Notes under the pieces: model-generated
Told to the model about the DNA's origin: nothing
Database searches by the model: none
The model's input: only the letters and a program-made list of their open reading frames with translations
Assembly: GCA_030429005.1 (NCBI GenBank)
Contig: JAUIDP010000005.1
Span: 9,525-73,524 of the forward strand
Reading direction: 5' to 3'
From: Gammaproteobacteria bacterium
GTDB lineage: Bacteria; Pseudomonadota; Gammaproteobacteria; Steroidobacterales; Woeseiaceae
Length of the DNA: 64,000 nt
Position numbers and translations under genes: made by a program
Shown here: positions 8,884 to 18,170 of the stretch, one piece after another
How positions within the stretch are numbered: the stretch's first letter is position 1
Layout of the letters: every line of letters begins with the position of its first letter

Positions 8884-11283
8884 ATGCCGGATACCGACAA
8901 GCGTCGGGCCGTCTCCGGATCGGCCCGCTTTTTTACGACATTTGCAAGCTGCCTGCTGCTGACGGCAAGCGTTGGTCGTGCCGATGTTTTCCTGCCGGAA
9001 GCGGCGAAATCGTCTGGCTATGGTCCGACGCGCGTCGGCTACTCACTCGCCTACAGCGGGGCTTGCGGCGAAACAGTCGGCGCCTCGATCAGCTACATGT
9101 CCCGAACCGATATCAGCGACGCGCTGCCGGAAGCCTTGCAGTACGCGCGCGACTCCGTGCCGCATCTGCTCGCGAAATGCGCAGAAGTGCAAACGGTTAT
9201 CGTTGACCTGCGCGGCAGTGCTGCCAGCCCGCCGTTGTTTTATCGCTTCGAGATGCGCCGCACAGATGACTGGGCCCCGACGCAGCTTGCGCGCAACGTC
9301 GACCTCGCCGACGCGCTGCTGCAGTCCGGCTACTTGCCGATGCAGGGCCCGCTGCCGATATCGCGATACAGCTACGTACGCTGGCGGGATGGCCGGCTCG
9401 ACATCGTCTATGGAAACCGGCTCCACGGGCGCATGGCGGCAACCCATGTCGAGAAGAAAATGATAACGGACGCGAACCCGCCACGGGTCTCGCACTATGT
9501 TGTTCGCGGCAACTGGTACGAGATCGGCAACGAAAAGCCGGACGGCGGCTGCCCGACCAGCCGCGAGGGCTATGCGCTGTGGGGCAGCTTCTCGATGACA
9601 TTGAGCCCCTGGTCCGATCGCTTCGACGTGCAACGGCGCAGTTGTGCCGACCACGAGTCGGACGCTCGCGACGAACGCATCATGTTCTCGAACCTGATGG
9701 GCAGCGATCTGCGACAGTTCGGGATCGAATCGTTTCGCATTGGCGAGGTCCTCACCGAGGGCTTCGAAGCAAGCGGCCGGTTCGCAGAGGATTCCGCAGC
9801 AGAAAATTTTGCCGACACCCGCCAGCCGCTGCACGCAACCGAGAATCTCCGCATCTACCCTCGCGCCCCGGATCTGTGCGCACATGCCGACCTGGACGCT
9901 GTCTACCGTATCAACAGCGAGCAGCGCGACAGCGCATTTGGCGGCAACTACACGCGCACGATCGGCGGACTTGCGCGCCGCATTATCAACGAGCGCTGCG
10001 CAAATCCGCTGACGGTCTCGGTGACCAACTATCGTAATGGGGACGCGGAGCCCTGGGATCGTATGAGCTTCCAGATTCGGCCCGACCGCCCCGCTCCGTT
10101 TGGCGGTGACGAGAACTACCTTAGCCTGATTGATCACCGTCCCGGTAAGGCGGCCAAGGCGCATGATGAATGGCTGGCGAGAAACGTGCTGGGCCCGGCA
10201 TGTACGGACGGAGTGTTTTGCGACCTGCCGGGCGGGCGCTACCTGAATGCCGTCTACCGCGGCGACCTCGACGCGATCCGGCAGATGGACTACCTGTATG
10301 CGCAATCAGTCAACGAATTTGTTGGCACCGCGATGCCGGCGGGTGAGAGCAACAATCCGATCAACCAGATATTCGGCGCGCTACTGAATGTGGAGGAAAT
10401 CCAGCTCCTGAAAGACGCGGCGAACAAGTACCTGTACAGCTATGCGGCCTGGGGTGAGAGCTGTCTCGATCCCGGTGCGCAGGCCAGGACATTCATACAC
10501 GTCGAGCCGGTCATCGTCGAGACCGACGAATGGGGCGTGACGACGACCTCGGGCGGCGAACGCTACGAGGCCACCTATACGCTGAATCCGGAGTTTTTCG
10601 AACTGCGTGATCGTGTCGGCAGTTATTATGGTGCGCGCAACAGCGATGATGTACGCAATCTGCCGGAGAAAGCACAGGTGTATATAGGCATCGTGCAAAT
10701 GAAGAACGCGTACGGCTGCCGGAGTGACGAGGTCAAACAGTTCGAGCGCCAGCTTCGGGAACTCACGGCGCGGGTGCTTGATGATCCAGGCACGATTCCG
10801 CCGACAACTGCAAATCTCCCGCCAAGCATCGAGCGAACGATGGCACCACCGTTTGCGGCAGTGCCTGCGGCTGAAAGCATTGCAGCCACACGAATCGCAA
10901 TGACTGCCCCCGCGGACCTGCCAGCCGTCGCAGCACCGGCCGTCATTGCGACGCAGCGTACCGCCACCGCGACAGCAGCAGTCGAAACCGGCCGCACTAC
11001 CAGCACGGCGACTTCCCCCGCGACTGTTGCACCGGCCGGCACGCCTGCTCCCGCTGCGACGAGCCCGCTGCAGCGCCAGCAAAAAATCAATGCCGAGTTG
11101 GCCGAAGCGGGCCAGCGGTACCAGCAGGAAATGGTAGAACTCAATGCCGCAATGCAACTGGCGATCCGCGATGCCGGAACAGCTGAAGCGCGCACCGCAG
11201 CGATGGCCGAATACCAGGAGAAACTCACGGATATACAGCGCCGGGCACTGGAGGAGACACAGCGAATCCGGCAGCAAAATTGA
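8884..11283 (+). CDS. Large secreted hypothetical protein
   Basis: 799-aa ORF; signal peptide ending GRA-D, many Cys, Ala/Thr/Pro-rich linker, C-terminal Gln/Glu coiled coil; no family recognised. Confidence 0.8.
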   Translation: MPDTDKRRAVSGSARFFTTFASCLLLTASVGRADVFLPEAAKSSGYGPTRVGYSLAYSGACGETVGASISYMSRTDISDALPEALQYARDSVPHLLAKCAEVQTVIVDLRGSAASPPLFYRFEMRRTDDWAPTQLARNVDLADALLQSGYLPMQGPLPISRYSYVRWRDGRLDIVYGNRLHGRMAATHVEKKMITDANPPRVSHYVVRGNWYEIGNEKPDGGCPTSREGYALWGSFSMTLSPWSDRFDVQRRSCADHESDARDERIMFSNLMGSDLRQFGIESFRIGEVLTEGFEASGRFAEDSAAENFADTRQPLHATENLRIYPRAPDLCAHADLDAVYRINSEQRDSAFGGNYTRTIGGLARRIINERCANPLTVSVTNYRNGDAEPWDRMSFQIRPDRPAPFGGDENYLSLIDHRPGKAAKAHDEWLARNVLGPACTDGVFCDLPGGRYLNAVYRGDLDAIRQMDYLYAQSVNEFVGTAMPAGESNNPINQIFGALLNVEEIQLLKDAANKYLYSYAAWGESCLDPGAQARTFIHVEPVIVETDEWGVTTTSGGERYEATYTLNPEFFELRDRVGSYYGARNSDDVRNLPEKAQVYIGIVQMKNAYGCRSDEVKQFERQLRELTARVLDDPGTIPPTTANLPPSIERTMAPPFAAVPAAESIAATRIAMTAPADLPAVAAPAVIATQRTATATAAVETGRTTSTATSPATVAPAGTPAPAATSPLQRQQKINAELAEAGQRYQQEMVELNAAMQLAIRDAGTAEARTAAMAEYQEKLTDIQRRALEETQRIRQQN

Positions 11284-11475
11284 ACGTGCAAGACCGCGCC
11301 TATTTGCATTGGCGTACTGGAACACATTTGTTGCCATCGGCTCAACGAGGCTTTTGGGACGGGACTTGCTGGTGCGGAGTTCCGCTATTGGTAAGTTAGC
11401 GGCCGCTTGAACGTCTGTTTTTGCTATACAATTGAGTTCTGGTGTTGACCCGAACCGGCCGGTCGCGTTCTCAAT

Positions 11476-11880
11476 ATGAAAGCGCTTTTGTTCACACTTT
11501 TCTTGGTCCCAATAACCGTCTACGGCAATGACGATCTAGTTGCCATATTGATCAATGAAGGGCCGTCGGAATACTTTCCGGAGAATGCTGACTTCGAGAT
11601 TCTTCCTGAAATCTGCAACTCTTCGGCGTGTTTCTGGGCTGTCTCGGTTGACCACGTGTCCAAAACAAGCAAAGGAATGCGCCGTCTGGCAATTTTCGAT
11701 GAATCCAACAATTACCTTGGATGCTATTCGGGATTACCAGATGTGCCGCGAGGGGTAGAAGGAGAAAAGATCATTTTCCCCGAATCGAAATATGGGTCGG
11801 AGATTGTATTCAGTACAGATTTTCCGCCGGGACAAATTTGGCTCGACGGCGAAGTAATCCACTTTGATCAATCCAAATGA
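11476..11880 (+). CDS. Hypothetical secreted protein (AT-richer)
   Basis: 134-aa ORF with signal peptide; composition differs from flanking core genes. Confidence 0.7.
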   Translation: MKALLFTLFLVPITVYGNDDLVAILINEGPSEYFPENADFEILPEICNSSACFWAVSVDHVSKTSKGMRRLAIFDESNNYLGCYSGLPDVPRGVEGEKIIFPESKYGSEIVFSTDFPPGQIWLDGEVIHFDQSK

Positions 11881-12089
11881 CGCCTTGATCGATGTCTGCT
11901 AGTGGCCGGTTGCGGTAACTTACCCAGCTGTTGCGTGAGTGTCGGCTCCCTGCAGGAACGGACGAAATCGAACGTCGTTACCGCTGAAACGTGACTAACC
12001 GACCGAGTTACCCAAGTAAGCTGACACTCAATCTACTTGATGTAGACTGACAGACTCCGGCCGAGTCCCGCCGTGATTAAGGTACGAGA

Positions 12090-12533
12090 ATGAAGGTGAA
12101 GAGTCTCGCACCGATTCCGCTCGCCATAGTCGTTAACGGATGCGCCAGTAACTGGGAACCGGTGTCAATGGATTACGTAGTCAAAGACAAGCCATCGGAA
12201 TATCGAGTCGACGTGTTCCTAACTAACGACACAAAAAGCCGACCTTGCCTTCTGCCCGAACACTGGCCGAACCAAGCTGGAAAGGTCAATCACTCCAGCG
12301 ATAGCATCTATCTTCTGGTCGACGGAAAGCGCTTTCCGATGGAGAATTTTAATACTGGGTATTGTCCCGGCGGCTGCGCCCTGGTCGTACGCCCTGGGGA
12401 GACTGTCTCATCCTCTGTCGCTTATAAAGACTTCCAACTACCCGCTGATCTATGGTCCGCACCGAAGAAATTTGTATTGCCAGTTGTTGCATACAGATGC
12501 CCGCGCGTTGAAGGCGATGGGCTCGAGCGCTAG
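12090..12533 (+). CDS. Hypothetical lipoprotein
   Basis: Lipobox-like VNGC; paired Cys including GYCPGGC. Confidence 0.65.
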   Translation: MKVKSLAPIPLAIVVNGCASNWEPVSMDYVVKDKPSEYRVDVFLTNDTKSRPCLLPEHWPNQAGKVNHSSDSIYLLVDGKRFPMENFNTGYCPGGCALVVRPGETVSSSVAYKDFQLPADLWSAPKKFVLPVVAYRCPRVEGDGLER

Positions 12534-12569
12534 CATTCGAAACGAATTTGCCGCAAGCAGGTACTTAGC

Positions 12570-12959
12570 ATGATAAAAATCGGGCGCCTTGACCACGTCA
12601 ATATACGCACTGCGAATCTCGATCAAATGGTGAATTGGTACGAGACAATGCTTGGCATGGTCAGCGGCAGACGGCCCAACTTCCCGTTTCCCGGAGCATG
12701 GCTGTACGCCGGCGAGCAGGCCATGGTTCACTTAATTGCGGTTGAAGGTGATGCCGGCACTGGTTCAGAGAGCGCTCTGAAACTCGAGCACTTTGCATTT
12801 CGGGCGCGTGGGTTCAAGCAAATGATTGCGCGCCTGGAAGCCGCCGGCGAGCGCTACGACACGTCGCCGTTGCCCGGGGTAGATATCACTCAGGTCAATA
12901 TTTGGGACCCCGATGGTAATCATATTCACATTGACTTCTCGTCCAGCGAGGCTGAATAA
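12570..12959 (+). CDS. VOC/glyoxalase family protein
   Basis: LDHVNI, GAWLY, EHFAF and DPDGNHI motifs. Confidence 0.9.
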   Translation: MIKIGRLDHVNIRTANLDQMVNWYETMLGMVSGRRPNFPFPGAWLYAGEQAMVHLIAVEGDAGTGSESALKLEHFAFRARGFKQMIARLEAAGERYDTSPLPGVDITQVNIWDPDGNHIHIDFSSSEAE

Positions 12960-13098
12960 CCACTTCAGCCAATGCGCCACCTGTTAGTCGAATGTCACTG
13001 TACATTTATCAATTGCTGAGCATCCGGTGTTGGCTGCGGATTCAAATGGTGAGTTATTCAACGCTATCTTCGTTCGAGATTCGCTGACTTGATTGCCC

Positions 13099-13479
13099 AT
13101 GATTCTAATTTTTTCTGAAGATGGCGGAGTACGAATTACTGAGTCGCAATCTGAAGCTGTCGCTCAGTGCGAAGGAGTAGACGTGCTGAGTCTCGTCTTC
13201 TGGTTCTTCGATGAGAACGGCCGCCCACTTGTGCCGATATTCGACAAGCCAGTTTCCAAGACGCGATTTCTTTGGTTGTTTAAAACAGTTGATTCGGGTG
13301 AATACCATTTAGAAGTCGGTGACGCCGAGCATCCGATGTTTGTCGCCCCGGTATCGACATCGATATATGAAGCGACCTACTTGGAGCCAAACCCGTTCTT
13401 CGATTCACTTGATCAACTGATTGACGACCTTCGCAAGCGAGCCGTACTGGTCGATATAGAGTCCGACACTCGTCGATGA
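13099..13479 (+). CDS. Hypothetical protein
   Basis: ~126-aa ORF, AT-richer, co-oriented with neighbours; no family recognised. Confidence 0.6.
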   Translation: MILIFSEDGGVRITESQSEAVAQCEGVDVLSLVFWFFDENGRPLVPIFDKPVSKTRFLWLFKTVDSGEYHLEVGDAEHPMFVAPVSTSIYEATYLEPNPFFDSLDQLIDDLRKRAVLVDIESDTRR

Positions 13480-13795
13480 GTGGCTGTCCTGGTCGGAGGA
13501 TCAACGATGCACGTCTGCCTACTATTTCATGCAGAAGAACGACAGATACGTAGTAGGACGAGTGGCGGGACAGGATCAGATTGAATTCGATGACCGTCTT
13601 TCGGCCTGTGCGGACTTTATCGTTAAGACTGTGAACTTGATCTGGTGAGCTGCTGATTCTGGTTGCGACGAAGCCTGCCGCCCAGCCCTCTGTGATCGGC
13701 ACACTCGTCATCTGGAGCCGTACTGCTCATCTGCCCTCCTTTGCAACTGATAGAATCAGATAATCTACCGCTCGAGAATCCAGACTGGAGATTGC

Positions 13796-14155
13796 ATGCG
13801 TTATCTTCCGACAATTGCTGTGATCATGCTCCTCACGATCTGTTCGCCAGCGCATTCGTTTACAAAGACGGCTGCAGAGTTTCTGTCGATTTGCAACAAG
13901 GGGCAGACTGAAATGATGGTCTGCACGGCGTTCGTAATAGGCGTAGCTTACGGTTTTGAGGACGCTAGAGAGCACATCAGACTGACGACAAATCTGAAGA
14001 CCGCCCCAGATCTGTTTTGCGTGCCTGACAACTGGAGTGCGGGCCAGGGGCTGGAGGTAGTCATCAAGTGGGCCAGTGAAAATCCCGAGTTTCTCGAGCA
14101 CAGTCCGTCAAGTGTGGTGTTGTGGGCACACAGAGAGGCTTATCCGTGCGACTAA
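13796..14155 (+). CDS. Rap1a/Tai-like immunity protein
   Basis: Signal peptide; FLSIC...CTAFVIGV...FCVP...VIKWASENPE...AYPC pattern; RBS GGAG. Confidence 0.75.
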   Translation: MRYLPTIAVIMLLTICSPAHSFTKTAAEFLSICNKGQTEMMVCTAFVIGVAYGFEDAREHIRLTTNLKTAPDLFCVPDNWSAGQGLEVVIKWASENPEFLEHSPSSVVLWAHREAYPCD

Positions 14156-14249
14156 TCCACGTCTTGAGCCTAACTTCAGGTCGTCGTAGTCGAATTCTGG
14201 CGCACGACTACCGCCACGCGCCTGGCGACTGACAGCCAACAGAAATGAA

Positions 14250-15071
14250 ATGCTTCCCTATGCGCTTGACAGGTCGCAATTGAATAGAGAGAAGTGGGAT
14301 CGACACACCTTTCGTGGTCTGGCAGCGGCCGGCGGGATGTATCTTATCTCCCTCCTTCTTGAAGACACGCTCAGAACTGCAATTGCGGGAGTAGCAATCG
14401 ACAGAATTGTGCGGTCCTGCATCTATCAGTCAATCGTCTGTTTTACATTAGCTTTTGTTGGTGCATTTATCGCCCGTCGCAATTTCGTGGCCGCGATCAC
14501 TCTCGTTGCATTAGTTTGCATATTGGTCACGTTCAACAATTTTCTTCAAAACTTTGCCATGGTTGGAGAACGCCCATCGGATATTGAGCTTCTGATCAAG
14601 AGCGCACCAGTCATTCTCGCCGCGATCACCTCGATCATTGCAGGTGCATTTGCCGGCAAAATGTTCAGTCACACAGGTTCTGCAAGTGATTCCGAGACTC
14701 GCTACGCCCGTCGAAAAAAGGGTCTGTTTCTAAGCATGCTTGGTCTGTGCGTAATCGCCCCGCAAGCATACTCGGCGTACTGGTTTGCAGAAGCACAGAA
14801 TGAAACTCGCAATGCCTTGATTTTTATCAAGAGCGGAAGGATGCCGGAGAACGTAAGACTGGCGCGAAGCCTATATGGTGATGAAGCAGCACCGATTGAT
14901 CACCTGGTTGAAGAATTCTCTACCCGGACCAAAGTGAAGACGAGCCACAAATATGGGTTAGGTCACCATGGGTATGAGGTAGAACTTTTTATTCATGGTG
15001 AACCTCCATATGTCGCGAGCGCATCCTATTCATATGGTGAATGGAACATCACATGCTGTTATCAATTCTAG
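14250..15071 (+). CDS. Hypothetical membrane protein
   Basis: About five hydrophobic segments plus a soluble C-terminal domain; start uncertain. Confidence 0.65.
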   Translation: MLPYALDRSQLNREKWDRHTFRGLAAAGGMYLISLLLEDTLRTAIAGVAIDRIVRSCIYQSIVCFTLAFVGAFIARRNFVAAITLVALVCILVTFNNFLQNFAMVGERPSDIELLIKSAPVILAAITSIIAGAFAGKMFSHTGSASDSETRYARRKKGLFLSMLGLCVIAPQAYSAYWFAEAQNETRNALIFIKSGRMPENVRLARSLYGDEAAPIDHLVEEFSTRTKVKTSHKYGLGHHGYEVELFIHGEPPYVASASYSYGEWNITCCYQF

Positions 15072-15314
15072 TCGCTGAGGATTTTCCTTGGAGCATCATT
15101 GCCCTGATCCGAAGAATCCTGCGAACGACTGCGCTGGGCCGGCTGCAGCGAGTAGCCTGGTTTCTCATTTTGTCCGGTATACAATCGGAAGCCGCCTATG
15201 AAGCTGGCAGCATGCAACCCAATGCCTGGAATCGGTTACACTATCTGCCACCAAAGCGGATCCTTGTGGCCCGCATGCATTAGTCTAATCGCGAACTGAC
15301 CCTCGCACGAAGGA

Positions 15315-16778
15315 ATGGACACCAGGACAATCAAGATGGACGTGCTATTAAGGGTAATCGCGTATCTCGTCGTCGCATGCCAGATCGTTTCCTGCCAGCC
15401 GGCATCGCCGTCAACCGGCACGGCGATCACCAATGTAACCGTCATCGATGCCGTTAACGGTATACGCACCAACCAGACTGTCATCTACGACGGCGACAAA
15501 ATTGTCTCGGTCAACCCTGACGGAGCGTCTGCAAATGTCGCGAAGACGATCGACGGCAGCGGCAAATACCTGATTCCCGGCCTTTGGGACTTCCATGTTC
15601 ACCTGAGCTACGACGAGCGCTTCACGGAGGACATGCCGGCTCTGTTCCTTTCCTACGGTGTAACCAGCGTGCGCGACACCGGCGGCATACTGCGAAAGAT
15701 GTTGCCGATCGTAGAGAAGATGCGGGCGCCGGACGCTATCGCGCCGCGGGTCTGGTTCGCGGGCCCGTTGCTCGACGGTACCTTGGTGGTTTACGACGGT
15801 GAGTCACGCACTGAAATTGGTGTACGAAATGCGACGCCTGATGAGGCTCGCGCCAGAATCATAGAGCTCAAGGATCAGGGCGTCGATTTCATCAAGATCT
15901 ACGAGATGGTGAGTCCGACCGTGTTCGAGGCCATGGTGGAGACCGCGCAGGAACTCGACTTGCCAATTGATTCACACGTTCCGTTGTCGATGCGTGCCGA
16001 CATCGCCGGGCCGCGGGTCGATTCGATCGAGCACCTGCGCAACATCGAGTTCGAGTGCGCTTCAAACGCGTCGGAGCTCTATGAGACGCGGCTCGAACGA
16101 CTCAATAATCCTGGTGGCCTTTCTGGCTTCGAGCTGCGTTCGTCACTGCACGACCTGCAACGGTTGCCGGCAATCGCTGCCTATGATGAAGCGCGCTGCG
16201 ACCGTGTCATCGACAGCCTGACCTCGACGATGCAGGTGCCCACGCTGCGCATGACAGCACTGAACCAGGCACCGCCGTTCGACAAACCGGACTGGAACGA
16301 GGCGCTGTCCCGCATCCGCGAAGACGCGCGCCAGGAATGGGCGGCGATGGCGGCCGACCTTGCAACCAATCCCGTCGAGGCGTACACAAAATTCGGCGAA
16401 TGGGCGCGCTTCCTGACAGGCCGGATGCACCAGCGCGGAGTGCCGATCGGGGCAGGTACGGACACACCAATCTTCCTGGCGATTCCCGGTTACAGCCTTC
16501 ACTCGGAGCTGGAGCAGCTTGTCGCCTCCGGGCTGTCGCCGCTGGAGGCGCTGAGCGCAGCGACGCTGCGGCCCGCGGAGTATTTCGGGATCGAAGACGA
16601 AATCGGCACGGTCGACCCGGGCAAGCGAGCCGACCTCCTCCTGCTCGACGCGAACCCTCTTTCGAATATTTCGAATTCACGTCAGATCAGTGCCGTCATC
16701 AGCAAAGGGCGATACCTGACTCCCGCGGAGATCCTGTCTCCACGGGGCGTCAAGACGGACAATAGTCCTCCACGTTGA
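15315..16778 (+). CDS. Amidohydrolase family protein (probable lipoprotein)
   Basis: GKYLIPGLWDFHVH, GVTSVRD, FIKIY, GAGTD and GKRADLLLLDANPL motifs. Confidence 0.9.
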   Translation: MDTRTIKMDVLLRVIAYLVVACQIVSCQPASPSTGTAITNVTVIDAVNGIRTNQTVIYDGDKIVSVNPDGASANVAKTIDGSGKYLIPGLWDFHVHLSYDERFTEDMPALFLSYGVTSVRDTGGILRKMLPIVEKMRAPDAIAPRVWFAGPLLDGTLVVYDGESRTEIGVRNATPDEARARIIELKDQGVDFIKIYEMVSPTVFEAMVETAQELDLPIDSHVPLSMRADIAGPRVDSIEHLRNIEFECASNASELYETRLERLNNPGGLSGFELRSSLHDLQRLPAIAAYDEARCDRVIDSLTSTMQVPTLRMTALNQAPPFDKPDWNEALSRIREDARQEWAAMAADLATNPVEAYTKFGEWARFLTGRMHQRGVPIGAGTDTPIFLAIPGYSLHSELEQLVASGLSPLEALSAATLRPAEYFGIEDEIGTVDPGKRADLLLLDANPLSNISNSRQISAVISKGRYLTPAEILSPRGVKTDNSPPR

Positions 16779-16810
16779 GGCTTTCCTCGAATCCACTTTA
16801 AGTTTCGCAA

Positions 16811-16840
16811 GTAGCCGCCTCCCGCGGGAGGCGTGGCTGC
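16811..16840. repeat. GTAG-led GC-rich palindrome (REP-like or terminator hairpin)
   Basis: Perfect 18-bp palindrome CGCCTCCCGCGGGAGGCG at 16816-16833, preceded by GTAG; single copy in the window. Confidence 0.4.
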
Positions 16841-16923
16841 AACAGCCTGCATCTTCGCCTCTCACCAGGAATTGCTAGAATTGGCGCCTGTGGCTCATAG
16901 CGATCCTTTCGGAGGCTGAGGAG

Positions 16924-17742
16924 TTGAAGCTGAACCTGTTTGCGACCGCGTTACTACTATTTGCGGCAGTGGCCTGCGGCGACGAGTTGTCAAACCCTGA
17001 CGATGCGCCTCTACGATTCGACGTGGTCTCATCCGACCCTGTCGAGCAGGGTGAGCGGCTATCCGCAATACTTGGCTGCGTCGGGTGCCACACACCCGAT
17101 CTCACAGGCGAGGACTGGAGTGATCCGGAACTGGGTGTGCTTTGGTCAGCTAATCTCACGCGTAGTGCGGCTGACAATTCGGAGGCGGAACTGGCTGTCA
17201 TGATCTCTGAAGGGAGACGCCCCGACCGCGCATTGCTGGATATGCCGTCGTACCTGTTTTCAGAGATCCACCCGGACGACCTTACCGCGTTGGTCGCGTA
17301 CCTGAAGACACTTGCACCCAAAGGGGTCAGGCATCCCGAACCGACTATCGGCCCTCTCCTTGCAGAAAGAATTGCCAGCGGAGATTTCAAGAACTCGGCG
17401 GAACGGGTAGCAGAGATGAAGGACCAGGCGCCACCTGACCTGGGGCCAAAACACGTGTTCGCGCGCGCTGTTCTGCGCGCTACTTGCGCGGAGTGTCACG
17501 GTATGGACCTTAATGGCAGCACTGAACAATTGATCGACGCCCCACCACGTCCAAGTCTTCGCATCGTAGGCGCGTACTCCATAGAGGAATTCTCCAAGCT
17601 AATGAAGACCGGCACGGGCTTTGGAGGTCGTGAGCTGAACTTGATGGGCGGCGTCTCTCGCTGGCGTTACTCGCGTTTCACGGACAATGAAATCACGGCC
17701 GTGTACGAGTATCTTGCAGAGTTAGCGCGACAGCCACCCTGA
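16924..17742 (+). CDS. Di-heme cytochrome c lipoprotein
   Basis: CVGCH and CAECH heme motifs; lipobox AVAC; RBS GAGGAG immediately before the TTG (spacing atypical). Confidence 0.85.
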   Translation: MKLNLFATALLLFAAVACGDELSNPDDAPLRFDVVSSDPVEQGERLSAILGCVGCHTPDLTGEDWSDPELGVLWSANLTRSAADNSEAELAVMISEGRRPDRALLDMPSYLFSEIHPDDLTALVAYLKTLAPKGVRHPEPTIGPLLAERIASGDFKNSAERVAEMKDQAPPDLGPKHVFARAVLRATCAECHGMDLNGSTEQLIDAPPRPSLRIVGAYSIEEFSKLMKTGTGFGGRELNLMGGVSRWRYSRFTDNEITAVYEYLAELARQPP

Positions 17743-17840
17743 GCAATTACCGCGTTTGCTGTTTGGCGTAGAATGACTGTCGTCAGGATTTGCCGGAGTC
17801 GCGCAGCGGTATGTCCCGACATTCACGAAGAGGACTGAAT

Positions 17841-17954
17841 ATGTGGTCTCTGGGCACAAGTGCAGCATTATTTCTATTCATCGGGCTAATTATCGGTCTC
17901 GCATTTGTGGCAGGAGCATTGCTGGCCCGCTGGAGAGATCGGAATAAGGATTAA
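17841..17954 (+). CDS. Small single-TM protein (37 aa)
   Basis: RBS GAGGA; MWSLGTSAALFLFIGLIIGLAFVAGALLARWRDRNKD; below the ORF-track cutoff. Confidence 0.55.
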   Translation: MWSLGTSAALFLFIGLIIGLAFVAGALLARWRDRNKD

Positions 17955-18170
17955 TTCCTCTGATGGTCATTTGTGGCCGATCACGGAAGCTCCTCCAGAC
18001 TAAAATAAGGCCCGTTGCGATGCGGAATTGCGATGTTCGGCCAGCACGCGATCGAAGAAATGAGGGCTTGCCGCCCCAATGCAGGCTGCCAGCGGCCGCC
18101 CACGCATGATGCTGTAGAATCACAGCGATTAGCCTGATTCGACCTTTTTTCTTGAGGAGCAAATAGCGCG

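Noticed and set aside
13032..13045. GGCTGCGGATTCAA interrupting a dyad site, reminiscent from memory of some IS ends
   Set aside because: Only 14 bp, with no partner repeat or transposase; needs an ISfinder search.
14168..14174. GCCTAAC resembling an attC inverse core (classical integron)
   Set aside because: No complementary GTTAGGC-type core follows, other spacers lack RYYYAAC...GTTRRRY pairs, and no intI is present.
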